Source of the DNA: Eledone cirrhosa
Taxonomy: Eukaryota
Length of the DNA stretch: 64,000 nucleotides
NCBI GenBank assembly: GCA_964016885.1
Contig: OZ024740.1
Span: 182,032,001-182,096,000 of the forward strand
Reading direction: 5' to 3'
Numbering within the stretch: position 1 is the first letter of the stretch; every line of letters starts with the position of its first letter. This document shows, one piece after another, positions 1 through 12,378 of this stretch. The notes beneath the pieces are model-generated. The model was not told the DNA's origin and did not search any database. It saw only the letters and a program-made list of their open reading frames with translations. Both the position numbers and the translations under genes were made by a program.

Positions 1-267
1 CTACAGCTGGATGCTCTTCCTAACACCAACCTCATTTACAGTGAGTGCTGGGTGCTTTTTTGCCGTGGCACCTCCCCGACCACTTTGCAGTGGAATGATA
101 TGGACCCCAGTCCCCATCATCTCATTTCTACAGCTGAGTAAACTGGAGCAATGTGAAATAAAGTGTCTTGCTCAAGGAAACAACACATCACCCGGCCTGA
201 GAATTGAACTCACAACCTTTCGATTGCAAGGCCAATGCTCTAACCACTAAGCCATGTGCCTCCATGG
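1..267 (-). mobile_element. Composite tRNA-derived SINE (tRNA head + CORE-like domain + RTE-derived module), cut by window edge
   Basis: Reverse complement of 7277-7614: head GGAGGCACATGGCTTAGTGGTTAGAG...GAGTTCAATTCTC, body TTGAGCAAGACACTTTATTTCACATTGCTCCAG, then GTTAGGAAGAGCATCCAGC module. Confidence 0.8.
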
Positions 268-292
268 TATATTTTTTTTTTTTCATGTTTAA

Positions 293-476
293 CGCTTTAG
301 CATTGAACCCAGCTGTATCTAGCCAGAATTCTCTAATCATTTCTGTTCAAATCAGCCATAAATGGCCCATCATACTGACGTTAAGGTTTTGTTCTCAAAA
401 TAAATTATTCAAAATCTCCTAGATTATGTGAGATAAAGCCTTTACTGCAAAAAAACAGAGTAATGTAAATGCTAAG
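293..476. mobile_element. Degraded copy of TTAA/piggyBac-type MITE
   Basis: Similar to 4906-5120: TTAA-cgctttagcatt ... gtaaatgctaag, internal agccagaattctct and agataaagcctttac. Confidence 0.6.
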
Positions 477-1885
477 TATTAATTGGCAAATATAATTTTT
501 CCATTAATTTTTCTGTGGACGCCCAACATTGAGGACTGCAGATGTAGCAGGGGATCAAGGTCCAAACCGTTAAACCCAGTGTAGCATACTTAGTATACTG
601 CAATGAAGAAAATCATGAACAGACATAGATTTAATCTACTTTATGTAACTTATTGGAATATTTATGTGATAAAAAGCTGGCCTTGAACTATTTCAATATT
701 TTCCATATCAGAAATAAATACAATAGGTTTAAATACTATAAATATTGAAAATATTTAATTAGTTAGTTAATATTATTCTCAAGTCAAGCATGTAAAGAAA
801 ACAATTTCAAACGTATTTTATTCTCATCCATCATCAGTGGAAATATAATTTTTATCCTTACTTACTAGTCCTGTAGTATCTAGTTTATGATATAGAAATA
901 TTTTTTTTTTAATCATTGAATAACACAGGGAAATGAAATTAATGAGAGCTGATTACATATTTATGTAATAAAATCGTGGCCTTCATTATTTCAATACTTC
1001 CATTTTCATAAATAACCATAGTAATATTAAATACTATAAATATGAAAAAATATTACAACTTAGCTGGCATCACCATATTTAACTCTACTGTGGTTATTTT
1101 TTATATTAAAAACATTAGATATAATCAGAAGCAACTGTTTTATGACTTGTACGTTTAGTGCAATGTGCAGAAAAAAAATACAATTAGAAAGTTTTTAGGT
1201 TTGTGTAATAGTAATAAGCTAGAGACCTCTATTTAAAAAGCATTTGACTGTAGAGAATAGCTTAAATGAAATATTGTTGTGTTAAAAAACAATCGAAGTT
1301 TCAGAATCTCTGTTTATGCACATCCTTACCAAAATGTTTGTTTTTTCAGTTACAGATATCATTATTCCTGGAAGTGACGCTCTGCAACAGAACCATTCAC
1401 TCAAGCCTTTAGTCTTTACTGTTGGCCTTATTTATTTTATCTAAAAGACCCTCATAGTCTGTATCTCCTTTTTTCTATAATAGCCAACCTTACCAATCTT
1501 GCGTTATAGCTATTAATATTTATATATACTTGTGTCTAAGGCCTCTGTTAGCCAGGGATAAAAATGTATCAGCTCCTGGAATATAATTCTCTGTGGAAAA
1601 TTATCTGTCGACTAAGTCACACCTCTCCATGCCACCAGTGTTGTTCAAAGTCTGATACAGCTGGACACCAGTGTTATTGCAAGTAATCTCAAAACCAGGA
1701 AATAAGGGAACAAATACCACAAATCATTTTGTCTGATAATCTAAGAAATCTGAAAATCACTGGACTTGATTTGGACTTCATTTTTCCAAATTATGGCACT
1801 ATTTGAATTCAGATTTAAAAGGATCAAAACGGATACAATAAGGCATTTACTCTGACATTTTACTGATTGACTAATTCACTAATTT

Positions 1886-2015
<130 letters not shown>

Positions 2016-2724
2016 CGAAAAACGTAAAATAAGAAAATTATAGTAATTAACTTACTTAAATTTCACTCCAACTAATTAGTTTCTGAAAGGGGATATACAT
2101 AGTCTTCAAATGTAGATCATGGAGAAACCTTTCTTCATCAGGAAGTCATTCTCAGCTAAGATTCCTGGCGATGCGCGGACACAGGAAATGTACACAAAAA
2201 TAATTCAGTGAATGGAAAAGAGCAGGCTTGGACTAAATTCCAAGACGTTGAAAAAATCACTGCCTTCTTGGTCGGAGGCAAATTCAAAAGAATCAATCAC
2301 GTGACATCGAGGTTAATCAGTGAGGAGTGGGGTGTTAAAAAGACAGCAGCCAAGCTAATACTATGAACCATATTAGTAATTTAGGCATATTTTTGCTCAA
2401 CAAATTAATTTGGAGATAATTATAAAGAATTAGTATATCTACCAACATATTTATACTTAGCCGAGAATGACTTCCTGATAAAGAAAGGTTTCTCCATGAT
2501 CTCCATTTGAAGTCTATGTATATCCCCTTTCAGAACTAATTAGTTGGAGTGAAATTTAAGTAAGTAAGTTAATTACTATACTTTTCTTATTTTACGTTTT
2601 TCATATAATTTGTTCTGCATCCCATTGTATTGAACCACAAAGTTACTAAGACAAAACCTATATATTTGCTAGCATAAGTATACATCTATATAAATATGTT
2701 GGTAGATATATTAATTCTTTATAT
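2016..2724. mobile_element. Fold-back PLE pseudo-LTR insertion (family A)
   Basis: 2016-2160 is the reverse complement of about 2456-2602; 2420-2454 is inverted at about 2690-2724; flanked by (CA/TA)n. Confidence 0.7.
2065..2146 (-). ncRNA. Type I hammerhead ribozyme, long stem II
   Basis: Minus strand: acttc-CTGATGA-a gaaagg...cctttc a-GAAA-ctaattag-TT^ggagt. Stem I acttc/ggagt; palindromic stem III. The plus-arm copy (about 2470-2550) has core mutations. Confidence 0.65.
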
Positions 2725-2729
2725 ATATA

Positions 2730-2782
2730 GGGATTCCTGATGATTTCTAATGAATGAAACAGTTCTAGTCCTGTAGAATCTC
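2730..2782 (+). ncRNA. Type I hammerhead ribozyme (family B pLTR, about 2730-2868)
   Basis: gggattc-CTGATGA-t ttc taat gaa t-GAAA-cag ttctagtc ctg-TA^gaatctc; 7-bp stem I with one G-U pair. Confidence 0.7.
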
Positions 2783-2863
2783 ATCTATATTAAAACTGTT
2801 ATACTCTGCTATGTATTGAGTACCTTACTTACTGTGGTTACCTCCGATTCAACCCGGAATAAC

Positions 2864-2937
<74 letters not shown>

Positions 2938-3068
2938 TGTGTAAAAGTAGTTAATTAGTCAAATTATTAGAATGTATATATCATCATCATCATCATCATC
3001 ACCGTTTTACGTCCGTTCTTCCACGCCAGCATGGGTTAATAGCGAGTGAGTTTTAAATTAGAAATAGA

Positions 3069-3242
3069 AGCTTTCGCCTTATTTTTTTACTAAAGAAATT
3101 TTAGCCAAATAGTGGGGTTTAGAACCCTCTAAGAAATGGAAAAAAATGAGTATGTCACTACTCATCTTATTCCATTTCTTAGCGGGTTCTAAAGCCCACT
3201 ATTAGGCTAAAATTTCTTTAGTAAAATATACGGCGAAAGCTT
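3069..3242. repeat. Fold-back inverted repeat (about 84-bp arms, 6-nt loop)
   Basis: agctttcgcc..tactaaagaaattttagcc..aagaaatgga..atgagta pairs with tactcat..tccatttctt..ggctaaaatttctttagta..ggcgaaagct; abuts (TA)n. Confidence 0.85.
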
Positions 3243-3331
3243 TTTGATATATATATATATATATATATATATTGATACATAACATATATATTAATATATT
3301 AATTGGTTGCATGCTGCTTCTAATTGCAGTA

Positions 3332-3517
3332 CAGTGAAATTTCGTTATAATGAAATTCACGGGGTATAAAAAAATTTGTTGTAACGAAAAATGCTTTATA
3401 GTGAGATTGACCAAAACAAATTGAGCATTTGTTTGTTATTACCTCAGGGATTAAAGAAATAATTGTTATACTGAAAAATTCTTTATTATGGTATTCGTTA
3501 TAATGGAATTTTACCTG
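3332..3517. mobile_element. Tc1/mariner (pogo/Tigger-like) MITE
   Basis: TA flanks; termini CAGTGAAATTTCGTTATAATGAA and TTCGTTATAATGGAATTTTACCTG. Confidence 0.6.
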
Positions 3518-4905
3518 TAATTGTATTTATAATTACATTAAACTTTTGGTGCTTTTATTTGAGTATTATTACAGATAAAACAATTCTTACTAGTGGTTTA
3601 TTTGCATGAGGCTAATTTGTCAGGTTAAGAGGACAGGTCATTTAATTGAGCCTGGCATGTTACTCATATTTAATTTATTAACCTCCCATGAATTGAAGAG
3701 CAAACTCGACTCTGACAAAGGTAACTTATAGACCACAGAGTAAATAAACTAAACACATAAGGTCAATAGACTACAGTTTGTGCCAACATGCTGTACTAAC
3801 TTCTTAAATGATTAACTACTAAATTAAGAATTAATATTCATAAGATCGTTAATAAACTTACTTAATTTGTGTCTTCATTACAGAACAACTTGATTAGTGC
3901 TGTAATTGATGGTCGTTTTGTGTTCGCTTACATTTTCTGGAGTGGCACGCAATCTGTAAGAGTTTATTTTCTTTTAACTTTAAGAACAAGAAATATGGTT
4001 TATTTTAAATATTTTTTCACTCTTTTATTACTGAGAGCACTTTCTTTTTATTGATGCAAGAAGTCTTTCTTAACTCTTTTATATACAACTTACTTATTCA
4101 TCATATAGTAGATACTATTAAAAGGTGATGGAAATATGAAGTCTATCTTGAGCCCAAGGCTATATTGGGCTTAGGCTTTTCCTACTTTCATGAGCATAAG
4201 ACACCCTTTGGACAGGTAGCTATTCCATTGTAATGTGAACCTCTATCTGCAGTAGGTATGTACTTCTTTATCTGAATAGACCAGTACTTTGTGATATAAA
4301 AGGCAGTGCTCAAGGACACAACATGTTTCCGTGTCTGGGAGACAATGCCACAAAATTATAATCAAGAGCCTAACAACCTAACCACTTGGTTGCAAACCTT
4401 TGCTATGTAAATATACAGTGATTAAAGTAAAATGTCTAATACGAGTTGGTAATAAGATGAGCTTAGGAAACCTAACCTACAAGATGGATTAATCCATTTT
4501 AGTGGTTTAGTCAGAAGAGGAAAGTCAATGACTGTATCTGTTTATGTCACCAAAGCTGGCAGAAAAAAAGAAGATATAAATAAACTACACTAAAACGTAT
4601 GTCTATATTGGAGATACCTTCAGATTGCTGTCTAGTAAAAGCCTCCAAATGCCAGGTAGGTGTTTATGTTAAACAATATTATAGATTAAATCGATCACCT
4701 AGTGTAAATTTACTACCTGGTTTCAATTAGTTGATAGGATTGCTTCCCTGACTGATGCTATTTTTGACTAGAAGGAACAATGGATGTTACTCTTTCCTAC
4801 TTTTGCTCAGATTTGATATTTCTTTTATGTTTACTGAAATGATATTTGTATAGATTTGGTGGTGACTCATTGTGTGAATCATAATAAAATCTAAATACAC
4901 TTTAA

Positions 4906-5120
4906 CCATTTAGCATTTAAACCAGCCATATCTGGCTAGAATTCTCTCACCTCTTTCTGTACAAACTGGCCATAACCAGCCGCACATGTTAAGGTATTTT
5001 TCTGAAAATAAAAAATATCAAAATCTCATAGATTCGATATTTTGCGAGATAATTATATAAGATAAAGCCTTTACCGTGAAAATACAATAGTAAATATAGA
5101 GAAATGTAAATGCTAAAGGG
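4906..5120. mobile_element. piggyBac-type MITE
   Basis: TTAA target site at 4902-05 and 5121-24; TIRs CCATTTAGCATTTA / TAAATGCTAAAGGG; further copies at about 293 and 63555. Confidence 0.8.
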
Positions 5121-6072
5121 TTAAAATATCATAAATATTAGATTATCCTTCTCTCCTTCCCCTACATAAAAAATTACTAATGTGATTAGAACATAGATAT
5201 TAGTGCATTGGTTTCATGATCATAACATCATGTGTTTGACACCCTATTTCATGCCCATTTTACAATGCAAATATAGAAGACTGACTTACAATTGTGAACT
5301 CTATGAGAAATTCTTCTTCGTTCTTTACATTTAAAATAAAAGTATCCTGATCATGCTATTTCTGAAGCATATTTTATTAAGAATGGTTAAATCGTTGTCA
5401 TTCTCTTTGAACATCCTTAAGAAAATCTTAAGATTTTGAATGCAATACCTTCTATCCAAGGCAACATGATCTAAAATTAATTTCCAGTCGTCACACCTTG
5501 AATGTAATGATAAATGCTTCATACGAAAACACGAATTTATTCTTATACTAGATATTCTTAACAATGAGAACACATTTATTCTCTACTGTAAACATATAGA
5601 GACGCAAAAGCTTTTAAAATATACGTGAATCAAATTGTAATATCCCTATCAGCTATCAGATGTAATGCTATGATTAAATGTGTTTATATAAGAAATTACA
5701 TTATTGTTAACCATACAACAATTTCCAGAGAATCAGTAAATGTTACTGCAAAATTGTTTGAAATAGCTGTGAGTAATTTCATCTCCTGAGCAAGACATAT
5801 AATAAAGTTTGGTTCTAATATCCATACCCACTACTTTCCCCCAAAAAAATAAACTGTAAAATCGTTTGGAGTTTAGTTTGATAGAGATATAGAAATAGCT
5901 ATTTTCCTCACAGAATCACAGACATTTCAATTAGGTATTTAGAAGGTATAATATGATTGTAACTAGATGTGCATTTTCATATATCATGTCACTGAGTTCA
6001 CAGAAGCACATTTACTCTTATGTGCACATATATTCAGATGCTCATATGTACATGCACACACACATACACAAT

Positions 6073-6075
<3 letters not shown>

Positions 6076-6148
<73 letters not shown>
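6076..6148. repeat. (TG)n microsatellite
   Basis: Pure TG run. Confidence 0.98.
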
Positions 6149-6149
<1 letters not shown>

Positions 6150-6654
6150 ATATTGAACAATGAAAATAAAACAACCGTCTCACATTCCATCGAGTGCTCA
6201 GGAGAGGTTGTCATGCCTTTGACACAACTGAGGGTCCTCCCAACCCTTTGTTTGACATGATTTCTATGGCTGGATGCCTTTCCTATCATCAAACACTTTA
6301 CAGTATGTACTGGATGAATGTATCGTGTAGATCACCAACACTATGGAGGTTGTCATGTGCTACTGAAAGTCAAACATTCTACTACATAAGCCGATGTCCA
6401 TCGGAGTAGTGTGGTGGATAACTGGTCAGAACTATCTATTCCAGTGGGGATTAATCCCCACTGAAGACACAATTCTTAGCCACTTACGTCATGTTTACTA
6501 ACATTACCTAATTTTTGTGCATTTAGCTGCCACTAGTACATAGAGTTACAGAAACTTATATATTGGTCCAGGGACAAAAAATAAAATTTTCAACCCACAC
6601 AAAATCGTTTTCCTCACAAATTAACATATGAGTGTACACTAATTTTCTTGAGTG

Positions 6655-7201
6655 GGTGTATACTTTCCTTATGCATATTAACGCCTGGGCAGCCTAATTT
6701 GCATATCGAGTGAGTTAGTCGGCCGGGCGTACCGAAAACGATAAATGGAAAAAATGAAATTTCATTTCTCACTCTTAGTACAGCTGATACTTAAATGTAA
6801 GTATGTATACGTACATACATATAGGTATACAGACGTACAGTAGTATGTATATACATACAATCATGCACATATATATACACGCCCGGCAGACTAACTCACT
6901 CGATATGCAAATTAGGCTGCTCAGCCGTTAATATGCATAAGGAAAGTGTATACTTTCAAACGTTCAGTCAACTGACAGGAAGGTATACGGTGCTGATGAC
7001 AGCTAATAAGCTAGAAACTAGTTCATCGTTCCTTTGTCAGTGTTGAACAAATAGGGCAGCGATGGTTGTCGAACACTGTACGGCTAATAATTCGGGCTGT
7101 TTGTTTACAAACAAACCGAGCATTATAATAAATGTTCGGTAAACCCGTACGTACATATATATATGTGTGCATGTATGTATGTATATACATACTACTGTAT
7201 G

Positions 7202-7205
<4 letters not shown>
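6655..7205. mobile_element. Fold-back PLE pseudo-LTR insertion (family C)
   Basis: 6657-6730 is inverted at about 6878-6953; a second copy of the family lies at 58921-59424; ends in (TA)n. Confidence 0.7.
6987..7029 (+). ncRNA. Minimal type I hammerhead ribozyme
   Basis: acggtg-CTGATGA-c agct aata agct a-GAAA-ctag-TT^catcgt; 6-bp stem I; palindromic aactagtt stem III. Confidence 0.8.
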
Positions 7206-7276
<71 letters not shown>

Positions 7277-7280
<4 letters not shown>

Positions 7281-7614
7281 AGGCACATGGCTTAGGGGTT
7301 AGAGAATTGCCCTTGTCATCGAAAGGTTGTGAGTTCAATTCTCAGACCGGGTGATGGATTGTTTTCTTGAGCAAGACACTTTATTTCACATTGCTCCAGT
7401 TTACTCAGCTGAGGCAATGAGTTGATAGGACTGGGGTCCCTATCATTCCACTGCAAAGTGGTCGTGGAGGTGCCACGGCAAAAAAGCACCCAGCCCACAC
7501 TGTAAAGTGGATGTGTAGGCGTCACGGAAAAAAAGTACCCAGCACTCACTGTAAATGTTAGGAAGGGCATCCAGTAGGCAGGGAAAAGCGGGCATAAAAT
7601 GATGATGATGATGA
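7277..7614 (+). mobile_element. Composite tRNA-derived SINE with RTE-type (GAT)n tail
   Basis: Pol III A box TGGCTTAGGGG and B box GAGTTCAATTC, CORE-like TTGAGCAAGACACTTT, RTE 5'UTR-like module, AAAAGCGGGCATAAAATGATGATG tail shared with the RTE at about 24790-24820. Confidence 0.8.
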
Positions 7615-8169
7615 TATATGCAAGAGAGGAGAAGGTGGTATCGGATGGTGATGTGAACAGCTACTAAGGAGATATAGCTTGTGCTTTAAAATGTAAAAGG
7701 GATTTAGATTGTCCTGTGATGAGTGAGGTAGGATGTAAAGTGATAGTGAAGATAATTACTTTGGATGAGAAGGAGTGCATATGTAAGGCTCAGGTCATAG
7801 TTAAATGCTGGTAGGTCAGTCTACTCCAGTACAGCATACTGCCAATTCTGGCATCTCTTTGTTATCTTTGCTGTGAGATTCAGCTATTTCAATCCCATCC
7901 GCTTAAATTTCTTTGCTTAAATTTCTTCGTGTATTCAATTAGTTAGTTCCTTTCTCTTATTCATCTCCTCCTTTCACATGCTTCTCCTTCTCACCTCCTT
8001 TCCCCTTCTCTCCACTTCTCTCTAATTTACATCCTTTTACTTCTAAACATAACAGATAAATTATATGTTTTATCTTATTGCATTAAACTTTGTCTTATTT
8101 AATTTAGGAAAAATGTATTATATACAGCAAATCTAACTAATACTTCTCCAAATTCAGAGATCAAACCAC

Positions 8170-8400
8170 CAAAACTCTGGGCGCATGTTTAGAATATCTC
8201 AGGTAAGAATCACTGGACAGATTTTACAGGCGAAAGCAACTGGCATGTGATGGAAGAGTAGAACCCATTCAAGATAGGGATGCAGCAGGATCAATTGGTT
8301 GCTTCTGATAGGACCTGCTGGAAGGTGTATTTTTACGAGTCTGCCCCTATGACCTTCACAGGAATAAGTTGGTGAAGAAGAAGCAAGAGAAGAAGAAAAA
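8170..8400 (+). mobile_element. Old Expander/Rex3-like RTE 3' end
   Basis: gtctgcccctatgacc..ggaataag..(GAA)n tail, matching 62905-62970. Confidence 0.55.
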
Positions 8401-8947
8401 CAACTACAATATAAAATTACTTACTTTGATTGTTGACTTCAACATTTTTATTTTCTTTCTTCCCTTTATTTAATTAATTTTCCATCTCCATCACCATTAT
8501 CATGATCATTATCATCATCGTCATCATCATCATCATAATTATCATCATTAAAAAAAATCCATTAGAAATTGATTATAATACAAATTAGGTGAAAACTTTA
8601 CTGAGAATTAATACTTTTCATTTTCTTCATTTTTTTTTATTTTCGACCTCTTCCTTTTACGCTTCCTAGTACTCTCATTACACTTGCTACTCCACCTCTC
8701 CTTCATCATCCACTTCCCTTACCCCCCTCCCTCTTACTGTTCTTTCTCCACAGCTCCAACTCAGAAAATTCTCCATTTATGAACTATGTATTCAATATTC
8801 ACATCTAAATCTTGCATTTGTTTGACAATATTGTACGATTGCAACATACTGCATATTGTAAAAAAATTGATTAAACATATTATATATATATATATATATA
8901 TACACGTGTGTGTGTCCGTCTGTGTTTGCATGTATGTATTTATATAC

Positions 8948-8993
<46 letters not shown>

Positions 8994-9874
8994 GTATATA
9001 TATATATATGTGTGTTTGTGGAGGGGAGGTGCGTGTGTGCGTGCGCGTGGGTGTAACTGTTTATATTCAATGTTTTCATTATAACTGTTGGTAATATTTT
9101 GCTACGTTACGTTTCAAAAAGGAAAACATTTGTTCATAGACAGTACTCTCTGCTTGAACATGTTTATTTTAAGAGAATTATTCATTTCAAATATTTAACA
9201 TTTTAAATATTTAACACTGCTTGTTTAAAACAATTTCACACACACACACACTCATGTAATTTTTGTGTTGTTGGGCTATATTTACTAGCAAAAAAGGAGA
9301 CAAAAAATCAATAAAATATTCTCAATATAATTATTCACAGAAAACCAACACTTTTGATGTTTGTATCTAACATCATGCAATGGTATACATTTTGTGAGAA
9401 ATTTTAATTTGCTTCCAGCAAAATATAGTTTTGTAGCTAAAATTATGCTTCTCTTATGTATTTCTCTATCTCAATGTCCTTGTTTGTGTGTATGTGTGTG
9501 CATATATATAAATATATACACACACATATATATTGAAATATATATATATATATACATACATGTATATATATATATATATGTGTGTGTGCATGTGTGTGTG
9601 TGTATGTATGTATACATGCATATATGCATATACGTATGCTCATTTGTATATCCTTTTTGTAATATTGTTCCATTATTTGTTGGTTGCTGTATTTCACATC
9701 CTCATTTAGTATCATTTTCAATTATGTAACTCATAGAAGTTTGTGACCGGTTCTCCTGCTTGGGCAACTGCAAATGTTAATTTTTATCATATAAATATTA
9801 TTTTGTGTAATGATTCTAAGTTCAAAACATTTTATCCTTTCCATTATATCTTTATTTACATATATATGTGCATA

Positions 9875-9944
<70 letters not shown>

Positions 9945-10059
9945 CACATGTATATATATATACATATGTACGTATATATATGTTTATATATATACATACA
10001 TATATATATATATCATCATCATCATCATTTTACGTCCACTTTTCCCTGCTTGCAAGGGT

Positions 10060-10407
<348 letters not shown>

Positions 10408-11336
10408 CTCCATGTGTTTGCATGCTCTGCAACCGTTTGTATTTACAATTATAAGAAAAACACACAGAAACTAACATTGTCTCCCTTACACATATACAAA
10501 CAGACACATACACTCTCACACATACAAAGCATATTGATTTATTTATTTAAAATAGACACTTATAAATAAAATTCTCTGGGAATTACAAATTAATGAATAT
10601 ACTAAAAATATAAAAGAACAAGAAAAGGAAATACAAATTAAAATACCACAAAAAAACAAACAACATAAAATGACCTCAGAATATCGATGGATGAGCTATT
10701 AGAGTGATATCTTAATTGATCTCGCAATTTTTACTTTCTTATTTTTTACTGTTGATATTTTTTATTCTTTTATTCTTTTCTTGCAGGTGCTTCCTTGTAC
10801 AGAACAGCAAGTTACAAGTTAATATTGGTAAATATCCGATACTTATTTCTTTATTCAACTTTTCCATTCATTACTGATACATTTTCTCTATTATAGTATA
10901 TTTTATTATGCTATATTATATATTATATTATATTTAATTACCCTCAGCCCTCACTTTCTTTCTCTAACTGAACGTTATTGCAAAGATGGGTATTTGTTTA
11001 TGTTCTGAAATTGTATTCTGCACTTCCCATGTTCAATATATAAAGAGATATGAAAAAAATAAATATATGGAAGCATGAAATGAAAAACGTTAAAATTTAG
11101 TTATTATATGGTGAAAGCTGTACTATTTGAAGAATTTAGTGATAAAGTTGATATTTTTGTTATTTAGTATTTTAAATTGAATAGTGCTTCTTTCATTTAT
11201 ATATATACTCAATACGAATTACACAAAAAAACAAACAACAGATAATAATAATAAAAAGGGCGCTTACTAGAGTCACAAACTGAAAATATATCATTAAACC
11301 ATGTTTTTACACACAAATATATATATATATATATAT

Positions 11337-11803
11337 GCAGACCCAGAAAAACCTGGGACGACTTGATAAATTCCGACCTCACACACTTACACCTCTCCAA
11401 GGCAATGTCACTGAACCGAGATCTTTGGCGATACGCAGTAATACAGAAGACCTGCCTTGCCTAAGTGCAAAGCGAAACCTACAGTCAGTAGGCACCTCTT
11501 ACTAAAATACACCCTCGTTGGTACCACAACATCCAGCCCGAAACAAATGAGGTCGTGTATGTGTCATGACAAAAAAAAACACACTCCACGCTGTAATGTG
11601 GCCGTGTAGGTAACACGGTAAAAACCTCCCAGTCGACACTGTAAACGTGGTTGGTGTTAGGAAGAGCATCCAGCCATAGAAACGCCGCCACACAGTCCTA
11701 TACGAGCAAAACAACCAATCTTGCCTCAAGTGGGAACATTCCCATCCAAACCCATGCTAGCGTGGAAGATGGACGTTAAACGATGATGATGATGATGATG
11801 ATG
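11337..11803 (+). mobile_element. Non-autonomous RTE-related element (RT 3' piece + structured module + (GAT)n tail)
   Basis: RPRKTWD-like coding remnant, GTTAGGAAGAGCATCCAGCC, ACCCATGCTAGCGTGGAAGATGGACGTTAAACGATGATG. Confidence 0.65.
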
Positions 11804-11991
11804 TACATACATACACACATACATACATACATACATACATACATACATACATACATACATACATACATGCATACATACATGCATGCATACATACATACAT
11901 ACATACATACATACATACATACATACATACATACGTACATACATACATACATACATACATACATACATACATACATACATACATACATACA

Positions 11992-12021
<30 letters not shown>
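11804..12021. repeat. (ATAC)n microsatellite
   Basis: Tetranucleotide run. Confidence 0.98.
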
Positions 12022-12022
<1 letters not shown>

Positions 12023-12378
12023 GGTTGTGCAATGTTAATGTGTGAGAACGACAAACCATGGAAAATCTAAGGGAGAAACTGGGTAAATGAGGAATTACAA
12101 GATGTTTGCAGGAGAGGAGATTGCATTGGTATTGACATGTGATGCAAATGGATGATGATTTCTGAGTGAAGAAGTGGCAAGTAATCCCAGTGGAAGGAAG
12201 CTGCAGTAGAGGAAAAGCAAGGAAGACTTGAATGGAAGTGATGAGAGCTGATCTCAGATTGCTAAAGTTCACAGAGGAGATGACAAAGGAACATGACATG
12301 TGGAGAGATGCTGTACTTATAAGGTCCCATCCAACCCATGCATGTGTGGAATAATGGACATAAAATGATGATAATGAT
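12022..12378 (+). mobile_element. 5'-truncated RTE LINE 3' end
   Basis: ERRLHWY-HVM..GKARKT remnants and (GAT)n tail. Confidence 0.8.

Noticed and set aside
5290-5585. Minus-strand exon-like segment (tttacag..gtaagt) with an 80-aa ORF
   Set aside because: Stops in all frames across the segment and no recognisable protein
6442-6463. 22-bp perfect palindrome CAGTGGGGATTAATCCCCACTG
   Set aside because: Isolated, with no context supporting a function
7277-7352. tRNA genes
   Set aside because: The A/B-box segments are SINE heads fused to repeated bodies; no complete cloverleaf
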